Assembly (NCBI GenBank): GCA_002269645.1 | Contig: NIVC01002039.1 | Span: 1-58,273 of the forward strand | Direction: 5' to 3' | DNA length: 58,273 nt | Origin: Macrostomum lignano | Taxonomy: Eukaryota | Part shown: in pieces, positions 36,793 to 49,103 of the stretch | How positions within the stretch are numbered: the stretch's first letter is position 1 | Layout of the letters: the number at the start of each line of letters is the position of its first letter | Position numbers and translations under genes: made by a program | Notes under the pieces: generated by a model | Told to the model about the DNA's origin: nothing | Databases searched by the model: none | Seen by the model: the letters and a program-made list of their open reading frames with translations, nothing else

Positions 36793-39700
36793 CTAGCAGT
36801 CTAGCGCCCCCCTTCGGGGTGGCCAATAAGCAAGGGACGAATCCTTTAAAATAAAAAGAATTCTTAGGGAGGGGGCTAGGAATCGAATTCTCATTTTAAT
36901 TCTGGCCCTGGGGCTTATGTACCAATAAAACATGCTTGTGTAGAATTTAAAAAACTGACAATTCAACCTACTTGCCTTCTTTCAGAGCAATAGCGTACTA
37001 CTTCTGTTGCGGTGCAAGCAGTACGCTCTGCAACGGCTGGAAAAGCAACTACAGCTAAAAAAAATTTGTTTCCCAAAGGCCAAAGGCAACAGTTGCCTAT
37101 CATGCAGGGAGTCACTGGCGTTGCACCAATTTTAATGATGTCTGCTGTTAACTGTTTTAACGGTTACAGACAAAAACATGGAGACATGGAGACATCGACA
37201 ATGTTATTGTATTTGGAGCCAGTGTGGTTATTTGATAGTGGATATTGCCTAGTACAATGACGTATAATTAATTGGTTTGACTTGTTAAAAGTATTGTTTC
37301 CGTAATTTAGATTTTGTACTTTTGTACTTTTAAAATTGCGACTCAAATACCAATATTTTCCCACAGCCTAATTTCCTTTTAGCTACAGTTCTTTTTTGCA
37401 GTTTGCATGTGCTCCTAACCCTTTTCATCTTTATTCTCTCATACGGTAATTAAAACGCAATTTTATTTTAAGTCACTCGCCACTCAACTCTAGTAAGTTA
37501 TTTTACGACTTTGGTTTGACCCATTTTGCAAATCATGCATACAACTTTGAAATACATGGATTCACAGCTCTGGTTAACTGATGCAATATATCTGTGCGAC
37601 TCCTACACTAAATTTTTCATCGACATATTCAACTCCACTTGATTAATTCCTTAACTGCGAAACAAGTGTGTGATTAATGTATAGATTTTTAACGTAATAA
37701 AAACGAACCTGTGCTTGGGCCGCTTTCACTCTCATTACCCCAGATAATAGGGAATAGGGGGCATAAGCCAGTGTACTTAGCATGTACTGCGCTTTGGAAA
37801 AAATTCGACATCGTTGGCGCCCCAGTAAAGAGGCTTGTTAAAAAATTCTCAACCAAACTTTTCTAGCTGCCTGACAAGACTGTACTATCATATACGCCTA
37901 CCCATTCCCCCAGGGGGACACGCCAGTGTACTTAGCAACGTACAGTGTCGGAATAACTTCTTCATTTGCGCCCCAGCCGGTGGAGAGGGGCGCAGTCAGT
38001 CATTAGCGGAAACAAGTACAACAAAGTATATACTACGCTCATAACTACATATACTTAAAGTACATGTAAAACACTGCAACCTGCAGCTACCATATTGATC
38101 ACACACCCAGACCTGTACATTTGAAGCAATCTAACTAACAAAAAATCAGAATGGCTGACAATAAATATTTTAGTATATAAAATTTTCATTCTTCTTTACA
38201 GTCACAAATTAGGGAGCAGTCTCCCATTAATTAGTACTCAATAATCCTTTCCTCTGCGTATTCAGACGAAAACAAGAAAAACTCTGCACTGTAATGTTAA
38301 TAGCAAATTTAAAAACGCAATCAAATGCAAGTAGTCATTTTATTTACTCCGTATATTTACAATTGCAAAGTCATAAAAGGATAAGAACTAAGATGTTTTT
38401 GCAGAAGGCTTCGCCAACAAGATGGTACCATTGCACAAATTCTGTTACGAATTTTTCATTGGTGTCAATCTTACCACTTGTTGGCTTGCTTAAGTCTGCA
38501 CAGCTGGACAGAGGCATTCACTTGGGGCATGTAAATTTCAGGCATTACTAATGAGCATGTAAGAACAGTTTGCAACCCTCCTCTTTTTGCAACCAGGCTT
38601 GGGACTGGCTTCGGCAGAGTTAAAGCCATCACAACAGACTATCTGGGGTTTGCAAAGGCTGCTTCAACCCCCCTCTGGCTGCATTTGCATGTACGAGGGC
38701 CATTCCAAAAGTTCATGCAATCAGAAAATTTCTCCCACCACAAAAAGCTGCCAATTTGAGCTTCTCTCACCGCAATACCAGACTCTCTGGCCGAACCCCT
38801 CAGCAGAATATGGACAGGATTCTTACTGAACTATCAAGACTGTCTCTGGCTCAACCCCTCAATCAGAAAATCAATCGAATTTTCCTATCGCTTTGGGACA
38901 GGACTCTTATTGAGCTTTTATCATCCAACTATTACGACTTTCTCCGGCTCAACCCACAATCAGAACATTATTTGATTGAATTTCCATATCGCCTGGAAAA
39001 TGAGTCTAATAATTTCACAAATTAGTAGAATTCAAATTCTATTCTAACGGGCAGACATAACAAAATCCCTTCCTTAATCTGCACAAATGCACCGGTAATT
39101 ACCATGAACTTCTGGATTGGCCCACGTATTAGAGTGGAAGAAATCTACCAGGGACATACAAAGCAGCGAAATGTCCATTTCAACCTTGGCTTATCGAGTG
39201 CAGTAATCCTTGGTTTGCCAAGTGCAGTAATCCTTGGTTTATTAATAGCAATAATCCATGGCTTATCGAGTGTAGTAATCCTTGGTTTATTAATATCAAT
39301 AATCCTTGGCTTAACGAGTGCAGTAATCCTTGGTTTATTAATAGCAATAATCCTTGGCTTATCGAGTGCAGTAATCCTTGGTTTATTAATAGCAATAATC
39401 CTTGGCTTATCGAGTGCAGTAATCCTTGGTTTATTAATAGCAATAATCCTTGGCTTATCGAGTGCAGTAATCCTTGGTTTGTCAAGTGCAGTAATCCTTG
39501 GTTTATTAATAGCAATAATCCTTGGCTTATCGAGTGCAGTAATCCTTGGTTTATTAATAGCAATAATCCTTGGCTTATCGAGTGCAGTAATCCTTGGTTT
39601 GCCAAGTGCAGTAATCCTTGGTTTATTAATAGCAATAATCCATGGCTTATCGAGTGCAGTAATCCTTGGTTTATTAATATGAATAATCCTTGGCTTATCG

Positions 39701-40396
39701 AGTGCAGTAATCCTTGGTTTATTAATAGCAATAATCCTTGGCTTATCCAGTGCAGTAATCCTTGGTTTATTAAGAGCAATAATCCTTGGCTTATGGAGTG
39801 CAGTAATCTAAGTGTTTTTATTTAGCTTTTAATAAAAAAAAGCTTTTAATAAAAAAATTTACACTACTACTTTTAAACTACTTAGATTCGAACCCAGGTT
39901 GCTGCATTAGCAGTCTGGTCTGTTCAGCTCTAGGCTAGCTCTCATCGAAGTTATCAGTGAATTTGTACCACTTATATAATTCAACACTCACACAAAGTCA
40001 GGTAGAGTAAAAAGTCACGAAGCAGTTATGACATAATCAATTTCTTAGGCAAGTCAGTACCAGTCTCTATAAAAGTTAACAATATGGTTACGCAATATAA
40101 ATTGAGTACTGTGCTATGCTTTCACACTCAACGCTGTGACGCAATTCAATTGAGTGTCTTGTGTATTGTGATGCAATCTATTTTAGAATCAGAATTCAAC
40201 CAGTCAGTTTTTCTGCTAGCATTCTTACAATGCATTTCGATGCTTGACCTTTGCAAAAAAGCATGTTTTTCGAATATTTAATCCATTTAGCATCGAGTAA
40301 TTTCTTAGCCATGATGCATGTACCGTCACGGAAAAATTTCTGATCGAACAGTGCAAGTTCGAAGAAAATCGGTTGAGCCGTTTTTGCTAAATTCGA

Positions 40397-40436
<40 letters not shown>

Positions 40437-40461
40437 CGACAGACCATTTCTAGTATATGGA
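36793..40461 (-). mobile_element. Helitron H9 with ~2.3 kb non-repetitive filler (36850-39170) and a short C' array (39180-39808)
   Basis: CTAG 36793-36796 plus hairpin, head with (CA)n at ~40398-40433, 5' end at 40461. Confidence 0.8.
39881..39941 (-). ncRNA. tRNA-derived Pol III-like cassette
   Basis: gattcgaacccaggttgctgcattagcagtctgg...ggctagctctc. Confidence 0.55.
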
Positions 40462-41109
40462 CTAGCAATCTAGTGCGGCCCCCCGTTCGGGGCGCCCAAT
40501 AAGAACGAAGCAAAAATAGTTTATGGAAATCAATGAAAAAGCACATTTTCTTAAAAACTAAGTCCTTCATCACTTTTAAAAATCACCTTATTCATTTAAA
40601 ATTGTCATGGACAATAATATTTGCTATGAATCTCTTTTTTTCTAAAATTAACAAACAGACAAGAAAATATAGCTTTCACAAAGATCACAGTCATTACCCC
40701 TAAATAGAAAATATTCCCAAGACAGCAAGCATCCCCCAGTAGCAAGCACCCTCCTCCAAAAGTAAACAACCGCAGATAGCAAGCATCCCCTAATACTCCT
40801 AGCAAGTATCCACCCAGATAGCAAGCATCCCCTAATACTCCTAGCAAGCATCCACCCAGATAGCAAGCATCTGCAGATAGCAAGCATCTGCAGATAGCAA
40901 GCATCCCCCAAATAGAAGCATCCCCGGATAAAAGCATCCACCCAGATAGCAAGCATCCCCCAAATAATGTAGAAGCATCCTTCCAGATAGCAAGCATCCC
41001 CCAAATAATGTAGAAGCATCCTTCCAGATAGCAAGCATCCTGCACATAGCAAGAATTCCTAAATAGCAAGCATCCCTGGATAGAAATAATCCTATACATG
41101 TAGCCAAGC

Positions 41110-42757
41110 TTATCAAGCGCAGTAATCCTTGGCTATGGAGTGAAGTAATCCTTGGTTTATTAAGACCAATAATCTTTGGCTTATCGAGTGCAGTAATCCT
41201 TGGTTTATTAATAGTAATAATCCTTGGCTTCTCGAGTGCAGTAATCCTTGGTTTTCCAAGTGCAGTAATCCTTGGTTTATTAATAGCAATAATCCTTGGC
41301 TTCTGGAGTGCAGTAATCCTTGGTTTTCCAAGTGCAGTAATCCTTGGTTTATTAAGAGAAATAATCCTTGGCTTATCGAGTGCAGTAATCCTTTGTTTTC
41401 CAATTGCAGTAATCCTTGGTTTATTCATAGCAATAATACTTGGCTTATCGAGTGCAGTAATCCTTAGTTTTCCAAGTGCAGTAATCCTTGGTTTATTAAT
41501 AGCAATAATACTTGGCTTATCGAGTGCAGTAGTCCATGGTTTATTAATAGCAATAATCCTTGGCTTATAGAGTGCAGTAATCCTTGGTTTGCCAAGAGCA
41601 ATTGACCTTGGTTTATCGAGTGCATTAATCCTTGGTTTAATAATAGCAATAATCCTTGGCTTATCGAGTGCAGTAATCCTTGGTTTATTAATAGCAATAA
41701 TCCTTGGCTTCTCGAGTGCAGTGATCCTTTGTTTATTAATAGCAATAATCCTTGGCTTCTCGAGTGCAGTAATCCTTGGTTTATTAATAGCAATAATCCT
41801 TGGCTTCTCGAGTGCAGTGATCCTTTGTTTATTAATAGCAATAATCCTTGGCTTCTCGAGTGCAGTGATCCTTTGTTTATTAATAGCAATAATCCTTGGC
41901 TTCTCGAGTGCAGTAATCCTTGGTTTATTAATAGCAATAATCCTTGGCTTCTCGAGTGCAGTGATCCTTTGTTTATTAATAGCAATAATCCTTGGCTTCT
42001 CGAGTGCAGTAATCCTTGGTTTATTAATAGCAATCATCCTTGATTAATCAAGTGCATTAATCCTTGGTTTATTAATACCAATAATCTTTGGCTTATCGAG
42101 TGCAGTAATCCTTGGTTTATTAAGACCAATAATCCTTGGCTTATCGAGTGCAGTAGTCCATGGTTTATTAATAGCAATAATCCTTGGCTTCTCGAGTGCA
42201 GTAATCCTTGGTTTTCCAAGTGCAGTAATCCTTGGTTTATTAATAGCAAAAATCCTTGGCTTTTCGAGTGCAGTAATCCTTGGTTTTCCAAGTGCAGTAA
42301 TCCTTGGTTTATTAATAGCAATAATCCTTGGTTTATCGAGTGCAGTAATCCTTTGTTTATAAATAGCAATAATCCTTGGCTTCTCGAGTGCAGTAATCCT
42401 TGGTTTATAAGTAGCAATAATCATTGATTAATCTAGTGCATTAATCCTTGGTTTATTAATAGCAATAATCCTTGGCTTCTCGAGTGCAGTGATCCTTTGT
42501 TTATTAATAGCAATAATCCTTGGCTTCTCGAGTGCAGTAATCCTTGGTTTTCCAAGTGCAGTAATTCTTGGTTTATTAATATCAATAATCCTTAGCTTAT
42601 CGAGTGCAGTAATCCTTGGTTTATTAATAGCAATAGTCCTTGGTTTATCGAGTGCAGTAATCCTTAGTTTATTAATAGCAATAATCCTTGGCTTCTCGAG
42701 TGCAGTAATCTTTGGTTTGCCAAGAGCAATAGTACTTGGTTTATCGAGTGCAGTAAT
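41110..42757 (+). repeat. Minisatellite C', 48-bp dimer of two 24-bp monomers
   Basis: atcgagtgcagtaatccttggttt alternates with attaatagcaataatccttggctt. Confidence 0.9.
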
Positions 42758-42856
42758 CTAAGTTTTGTTTTATTAAAGGACTAAATGTTCTATTAAAGGA
42801 CTAAATATTTATTAAAAGCTTTTAATAAAAAATTTTACACTACTACTTTTAAACTA

Positions 42857-42917
42857 CTTAGATTCGAAACCAGGTCGCTGCATTAGCAGTCTAGCTCTTC
42901 AGCTCTAGGCTAGCTCT
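42857..42917 (-). ncRNA. tRNA-derived Pol III-like cassette
   Basis: gattcgaaaccaggtcgctgcattagcagtctag...ggctagctctc. Confidence 0.5.
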
Positions 42918-43824
42918 CATCGAAGTTATCAGTGAATTTGTACCACTTATATAATTCAACACTCACACAAAGTCAGGTAGAGTAAAAAGTCACACGAAGC
43001 AGTTATGAAATAATCAATTTCTTAGGCAAGTCATTACCAGTGTCTATGAAAGTTAACAAATGGTTACGTAATATAAATTGGGTACTGCGCTATGCTTTCA
43101 CACTCAAAGCTGTGACGCAATTCAATTGAGTGTCAAATTCAGCCAGTACACAGACGATAAATAAAGTGTATTGTGATGCAATCTATTTCAGAATCAGAAT
43201 TCAACCAGTCAGTTTTTCTGCTAGCATTCTTACAATGCATTTCAAGTCGAAAGAGCTGCTTGACCTTTGCAAAAAAGCATGTTTTTCGAATATTTAATCC
43301 CTTTAATATTAAGCAATTTCTTAGCCAAGATGCATGTACCGTCACGGAAAAATTTCTGATTAAACAGTGCAAGTTCAAACAAAATCGGTTGAGCCGTTTT
43401 TGCTAAAATCGATCACACACACACACATATACCGACAGACCATTTTTAGTATATGGACTAGCAATCTTCGCCCCCCGTTGGGGGACATCTGGATAGAATC
43501 TCTGTTCTCTACAAGTAACAAAAAGACAGCCAAATAAAGCCTTCACAAAGACGACAGACAAACTGCTCAAATAAAGTGTAATGCAAAAAGAAATCATCCC
43601 AAGACGGCAAGCATCCCCCAGATAGCAAGCATCCCCCAGATAGCAAGCATCCCCCAGATTGCAAGCATCCCCCAGATAGCAAGCATCCCCCAGATAGCAA
43701 GCATCCCCAAATAGTAAGCATCCACCATACAATAAGTAGCTAGTGCTACAATTTCCTTAGCTCTATAGTGGCTCCTTTAAAATTAGCATGACGCTTACTT
43801 TTACGTTTGAAATTGTGTAAATTT

Positions 43825-46410
43825 TATGTTTGACATGGTGGCTCTTTAATGTTTGACATGGTGGCTCTTTTATGTTTGATTCGGGGTTTTTTTATTGTCT
43901 GACATGGTGTCTGTTTATTGTTTGACATAGTGGCTCTTTTATGTTTGACATGGTGGTTCTTTTATGTTCGACATGGTGGCTCTTTTATGCTTGACATGGT
44001 GGCTATTTACTGTTTGACATGGAGTCACATATATGTTTGACATGGTGGCTCTTTAATGTTTGACATGGTGGCTGTTTTATGTTTGACATGGTGGCTCTTT
44101 AATGTTTGAAATGGTGGCTCTTTAATGTTTGACATGATGGCTCTTTTATGTTTGACATGGTGGCTCTTTAAATGTTTGACATGGTGGCTCTTTTATGTTT
44201 GACATGGTGGCACCTTAATGTAATGTTGGCTCTTTAATGTTTGAAATGGTGGCTCTTTAATGTTGGACATGGTGGCTCTTAAATGTTCGACATGGTGGCT
44301 CTTTTATGTTTGAAATGGTGGCTCTTTTATGATTGACATGGTGTCTCTTTTATTTTCGACATGGTGGCTCTTTAATGTTTGACATGGAGTCACGTATATG
44401 TTTGACATAGTGTCTCCTCTATGTTTGACATGGTGGCTCTTTAATGTTTGACATGGTGGCTCCTCTATGTTCGACATGGTGGCTATTTTATGTTTGACAT
44501 GGTGGCTCTTCTATGTTTGACATGTTGGCTATTTTTTGTTTGACATGATAGCTCTTTAATGTTTGACATGGTGGCTCTTTAATGTTTGACTTGGTGGCTC
44601 TTTGATGTTCGACATGGTGGCTCTTTAATGCTCGACATGGAGTCATATATATGTTTGACATGGTGGCTCTTTAATGTTCGAATTGGAGTCATATATATGT
44701 TTGACATGGTGGCTCTTTAATGTTTGATATAGAGTCATGTATATGTTTTACATGGTGGCTTTTTAATGTTTGACTTGGTGGCTCTTTGATGTTTGACATG
44801 GTGGCTTTTTAATGTTTGACATGGTGGCTCTTTTATGATTGACATGGTGGCTCTTTTATGTTTGAAATGGTGGCTCTTTTATGATTGACATGGTGGCTCT
44901 TTAATGTTTGACATGGTGGCGCTTTAATGTTTGACATGGAGTCAGTCACGTGTATGTTTGACATGGTGGCTCTTTATGCTTGACATGTAGGCTCTTTACT
45001 GTTCGACATGGTGGCTCTTTTATGTTTGGCATGGTGGCGCTTTTATGTTTGACATGGTGGCTCTTTCATGTTCGACATGGTGGTTCTTTAACATTTGACA
45101 TGGTGGCTCTTGAATGTTTGACATGGTGGCTCTTTAAAATTTGACATGGAGTCACCTATATGTTTTACATGGTGGCTCTTTTATGTTCGACATGGTGGCT
45201 CTTTAATGTTCGCCACGTTTGTCATCAGATTTTTCATGTTTGAGTCACGTATATGTTTGACATGGTGGCTCTTTTATGTTTGACATGGTGGCTCTTTTAT
45301 GTTTGACATGATGGCTCTTTTATGTTTGACATGATAGCTCTTTTATGTTTGACATGGTGGCTCTTTAATGTTTGACATGGTGGCCCTTTAATGTTCGACA
45401 TGGAGTCATGTATATGTTTGACATAGTGGCTCTTTGATGTTTGACATGGTGGCTCTTTAATTTTCGACATGCCGGCTCATTAATGTTTTACATTGTGATT
45501 CTTTAATGTTTGACATAGTGGCTCTTTAAAGTTCGACATGGTGGCTCTTTAATGTTCGACATGGTGGCTCTTGAATGTCTGACATGGAGTCATGTATATG
45601 TTTGACATGGCGGCTCTTTAATGTTCGACATGGTGGCTCTTTAATGTTTGACATGGTGGCTTATTTATGTTTAACCTGGCCTGGCTCTTTAATGTCTTAC
45701 ATGGATTCATGTATATGTTTGACATGGCGACTCTTTAATGTTTGACATGGCGACTCTTTAATGTTTGACATGGTGGCTCTTTAATGTTTGACATGGTGGC
45801 TTATTTATGTTTAACCTGGCCTGGCTCTTTAATTTTCAACATTGTGGCTCTTTAATGTTCGACATGGTGGCTCTTTTATGTTTGGCATGGTGGCTCCTTA
45901 ATGTTTCGCATGGTGGCTCTTTTATGTTTAACATGGTGGTCTTTTTATTTTTAACATGGCCTGGCTCTTTATTGTTTAACATCGTGGCTCTTTAATTTTC
46001 AACATCGTGTTTATTTAATGTTCGACATGGTGGCTCTTTAATGTTTGACATAATGGCTCTTTTATGTTTGGCATGGTGGTTCTTTAATGTTTGACATGGT
46101 GGCTCTTTAATGCTTGACATGGTGGCTCTTTAATGTCTGACATGGAGTCACGTATATGTTTGACATGGAGTCACGTATATGTTTGACATGGAGTCACGTA
46201 TATGTTTTACATGGTGGCTCTTTTATGTTTGACATGATGGCTCTTTAATGTTCGAATGATGGCTCTTTAATGTTCGACATGGTGGCTCTTTAAAGTCTCA
46301 CATGGAGTCACGCATATGTTTGACATTGAGTCATGTATATGTTTGACATGGTGGCTCTTTAATGTTTTAGATGGTTGGCTCTTTAATGTTTGATATTGCG
46401 CTTCCTTTAT
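43825..46410 (+). repeat. Minisatellite B, 23 bp
   Basis: atgtttgacatggtggctcttta repeated. Confidence 0.95.
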
Positions 46411-46462
46411 GTTTAGCTTTTTGTGTTTTAGGGTGTTTTGATAAAAAAATTATTTTGCACTA

Positions 46463-46523
46463 CTAAGATTCGAACCTAGGTCGCTACATTAGCAGTCCAG
46501 TCTGTTCGCATCTAGGCTATCTC
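46463..46523 (-). ncRNA. tRNA-derived Pol III-like cassette
   Basis: gattcgaacctaggtcgctacattagcagtccag...ggctatctc. Confidence 0.55.
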
Positions 46524-46998
46524 TTTTCAATAGGAGAACATGAACTGTTGCCCTTATAATTTAATTTTTATAGCAAGTCAATTAGAGTAAAAAGTTATGA
46601 CATAATTAATTTCTCAGTCAGCCAGTATCAGTCTCAGTTCAAGTTAGCAATATTGGTTACGCAATTTAAATCAAGTCGTGTGTGCATTTCTTCGGCACTG
46701 TTTTCAACTTGTTGTGATGCAATCTTTATCAGAATTGAAATTCAGTTAGTCAGGTTTTTCTCTAGCATTCTTACAATGCATTTCAAGTCGAAAATTTTGC
46801 TTGACCTTTGCAAAAAAGCATGTTTTCGAATATTTAATCCCTTTAACATTGAGCAATTTCTTAGCCAAGATGCATGTACCGTCCCAGGAAAATTTCTGAT
46901 CGAATGGTGCAAGTTTGAAGAAAATCGGTTGAGCCAATTTTTCTGAAATCTATCGCATACCCACATACCCACAGACAACTCATTTTTAGTATATAGGA

Positions 46999-49077
46999 CT
47001 AGCAATCTTCGCCCCCCGATGGGGGACATCTAGATAGAATCTCTGTTCTCTACAAGTATCAATAAGATGGCCAAACAAAGCCTTCACATAGTCAATAGAA
47101 AAACTGCTCAGATGAAGTGCAATGCAAAAAGAAAACATCCTAAGACAGCAAGCATCCCCCCAGATAGCAAGCACCACCAGATAGCAAGCACCACCAGATA
47201 GCAAGCACCCCCAGATAGCAAGCACCCCCAGATAGCAAGCACCCCCAGATAGCAAGCACCCCCAGATAGCGAGCACCCCAGATAGCAAGCACCCCCAGAT
47301 AGCAAGCACCCCAGATAGCAAGCAACCAATTGATAGCAAGTATTGATCCTATACTAAATAGCAAGCATCCACTGGACAATAAGTACGAGTAGCAAGTGCA
47401 ACAATTTCCTTAGCTTTATAATGGCTCCTTTGTGATTGGCATGACGCTTCTTTTTACGTTTGAAATTGCGTCTCCTATGTTTGACTTGGTGGCTCTTTAT
47501 TGTTCGACATGCTGGCTTTTTACTGTTAGACATGGTAGCTCTTCTATGTTTGACATGGTGGCTCTTCTATTTTTGAAATGGTGGCTCTTTAATGTTCGAC
47601 ATGGTGGCTCTTTAATGTTCGACATAGTGGCTCTTTAATGTTAGACATGGTGGCTCTTCTATTTTTGACATGGTGGCTCTTCTATTTTTGACATGGTGGC
47701 TCTTTAATGTTCGACATGGTGGTTCTTTAATGTTTGACATGGTGGTTCTTTAATGTTCGACATGGTGGCTCTTTAATGTTCTACATGGTGGCCCTTTAAT
47801 GTTCGACATGGTGGCTTTTTACTGTTAGACATGGTGGCTCTTTTAGGTTTGACATAATGGCTCTATAATGTTTGACATGGTGGCTCTTTAATGTTCGATA
47901 TGGTGGCTCTTTTATGTTAGACATGGTGGCTCTTTTAGGTTTGACATGATGGCGCTTTTATGTTTTGACATGGCGGCTCTTTAATGTTTGACATGGTGGC
48001 TCTTTAATGTTCGATAAGGTGGCTCTTTAATGTACGACATGGTGGCTCTTTACTGTTAAACATGGTGGCTCTTTAATGTTTTACATGGTGGCTCTTTAAT
48101 GTTTGACATGGTGGCTCTTTAATGTTCGACATGGTGGCTCTTTAATGTTTGACATAAAGTCACATATATGTTTGAAATGGTGGCTCTTTAATGTTCGAAA
48201 TGGTGGCTCTTTAATGTTCGAAATGGTGGCTCTTCAATGTTTGAAATGGTGGCTCTTTTATGTTTGACATGGTGGCTCTTAAATGTTTGACATGGTGGCT
48301 CTTAAATCTTTGACATGGTGGCTTCTAAATGTTCGACATGGTGGCTCTTTAATGTTCTACATGGTAACTCTTTTATGTTTGATACGGTGGCTTTTTAATG
48401 TCTGACATGTTGTCTCTTTTATGTTTGACATGGTGGCTCTTTAGTGTTCGACAAAGTGGCTCTTCTATGTTTGACATTGCGCTTCTTTGATGTTTAGCAG
48501 TTTTGTTGTGTTTTTAAGGTGTTTTAATAAAAAAAATCTTTTTGCACTACTAAGATTCGAACCCAGGTCGCTACATTAGCATTCCAGTCTGTTCGCATCA
48601 GGGCTATCTCTTTTCAATTGGAGAACATGAATTGCGGCCCTTATAATTCAATTCTTACAGCAAGTCAATTGGAGTAAAAAGTTATGACATAATCAATTTC
48701 TCAGTCAGCCAGTATCAGTCTCAATTTAAGTTAGCAATATGGTTACGCAATTTAAATCAAGTCGTGTGTGCATTTCTTCAGCACTGTTTTCAATTTGTTG
48801 TGATGCAATCTTTATCACAATCGGAATTCAGTCAGTCAGTTTTTTCTCTAGCATTCTTACAATGCATTTCAGGTCGAAAGAGCTGCTTGACCTTTGCAAA
48901 AAAGCATGTTTTTCGAATATTTAATCCCTTTAACATTGAGCAATTTCGTAGCCAGGATGCATGTACCGTGCCAGGAAAATTTCTGATCAAATAGTGCAAG
49001 TTTGAAGAAAATCGGTTGAGCCAATTTTTCTGAAATCTATCGCATACCGACAGACAACTCATTTTTAGTATATAGGA
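46999..49077 (-). mobile_element. Non-autonomous Helitron H12 (tail b; A-variant 47145-47345, B array 47475-48490)
   Basis: CTAG 46999-47002 plus hairpin; 5' TCCTATATACTAAAAATG at 49077. Confidence 0.85.
48550..48610 (-). ncRNA. tRNA-derived Pol III-like cassette
   Basis: gattcgaacccaggtcgctacattagcattccag...ggctatctc. Confidence 0.55.
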
Positions 49078-49103
49078 TTTTGATTTTTAGTATAATGGAT
49101 GGA
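49078..49103 (-). mobile_element. 26-bp 5'-terminal stub of a second Helitron head type
   Basis: Minus strand TCCA-TCCATTATACTAAAAATCAAAA; resembles the 8966 head TCTAATATACTAAAAATCAAAA. Confidence 0.6.

Larger units (their letters stand above)
40462..43457 (-). mobile_element. Non-autonomous Helitron H10 (tail d; A-variant 40720-41080, C' array)
   Basis: CTAG 40462-40465 plus hairpin; head ends at 43457. Confidence 0.85.
43458..46998 (-). mobile_element. Non-autonomous Helitron H11 (tail b; A array 43605-43725, B array)
   Basis: CTAG 43458-43461 with ccccc-cgtt-ggggg hairpin; head ends at 46998. Confidence 0.85.

Noticed and set aside
38692-38722. Mariner-like terminus TA-CGAGGGCCATTCCAAAAGT
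   Set aside because: No inverted partner or transposase remnant found in the window.
19818-47379. Long repeat ORFs (GDACYL, MLAIWG, ITALDKPR, INQGLLHL) as LRR or repeat proteins
   Set aside because: They arise because 18- and 24-bp monomers are multiples of 3, are open in several frames at once, and start and stop at array edges.
18225-48490. CRISPR-like arrays
   Set aside because: Monomers abut directly with no unique spacers, there are no cas genes, and the context is eukaryotic.
21369-48610. Functional tRNA-Ser(GCT) genes
   Set aside because: The acceptor stem does not pair, the long variable arm of tRNA-Ser is missing, and the anticodon stem has mismatches.
19828-49062. Recurrent ~77-aa ORFs (MMQSISESEFNQSVF / KNWLNRFSSNLHH) in the conserved head
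   Set aside because: Copies carry frameshifts and stops at different places; conservation is at the DNA level of the Helitron head.
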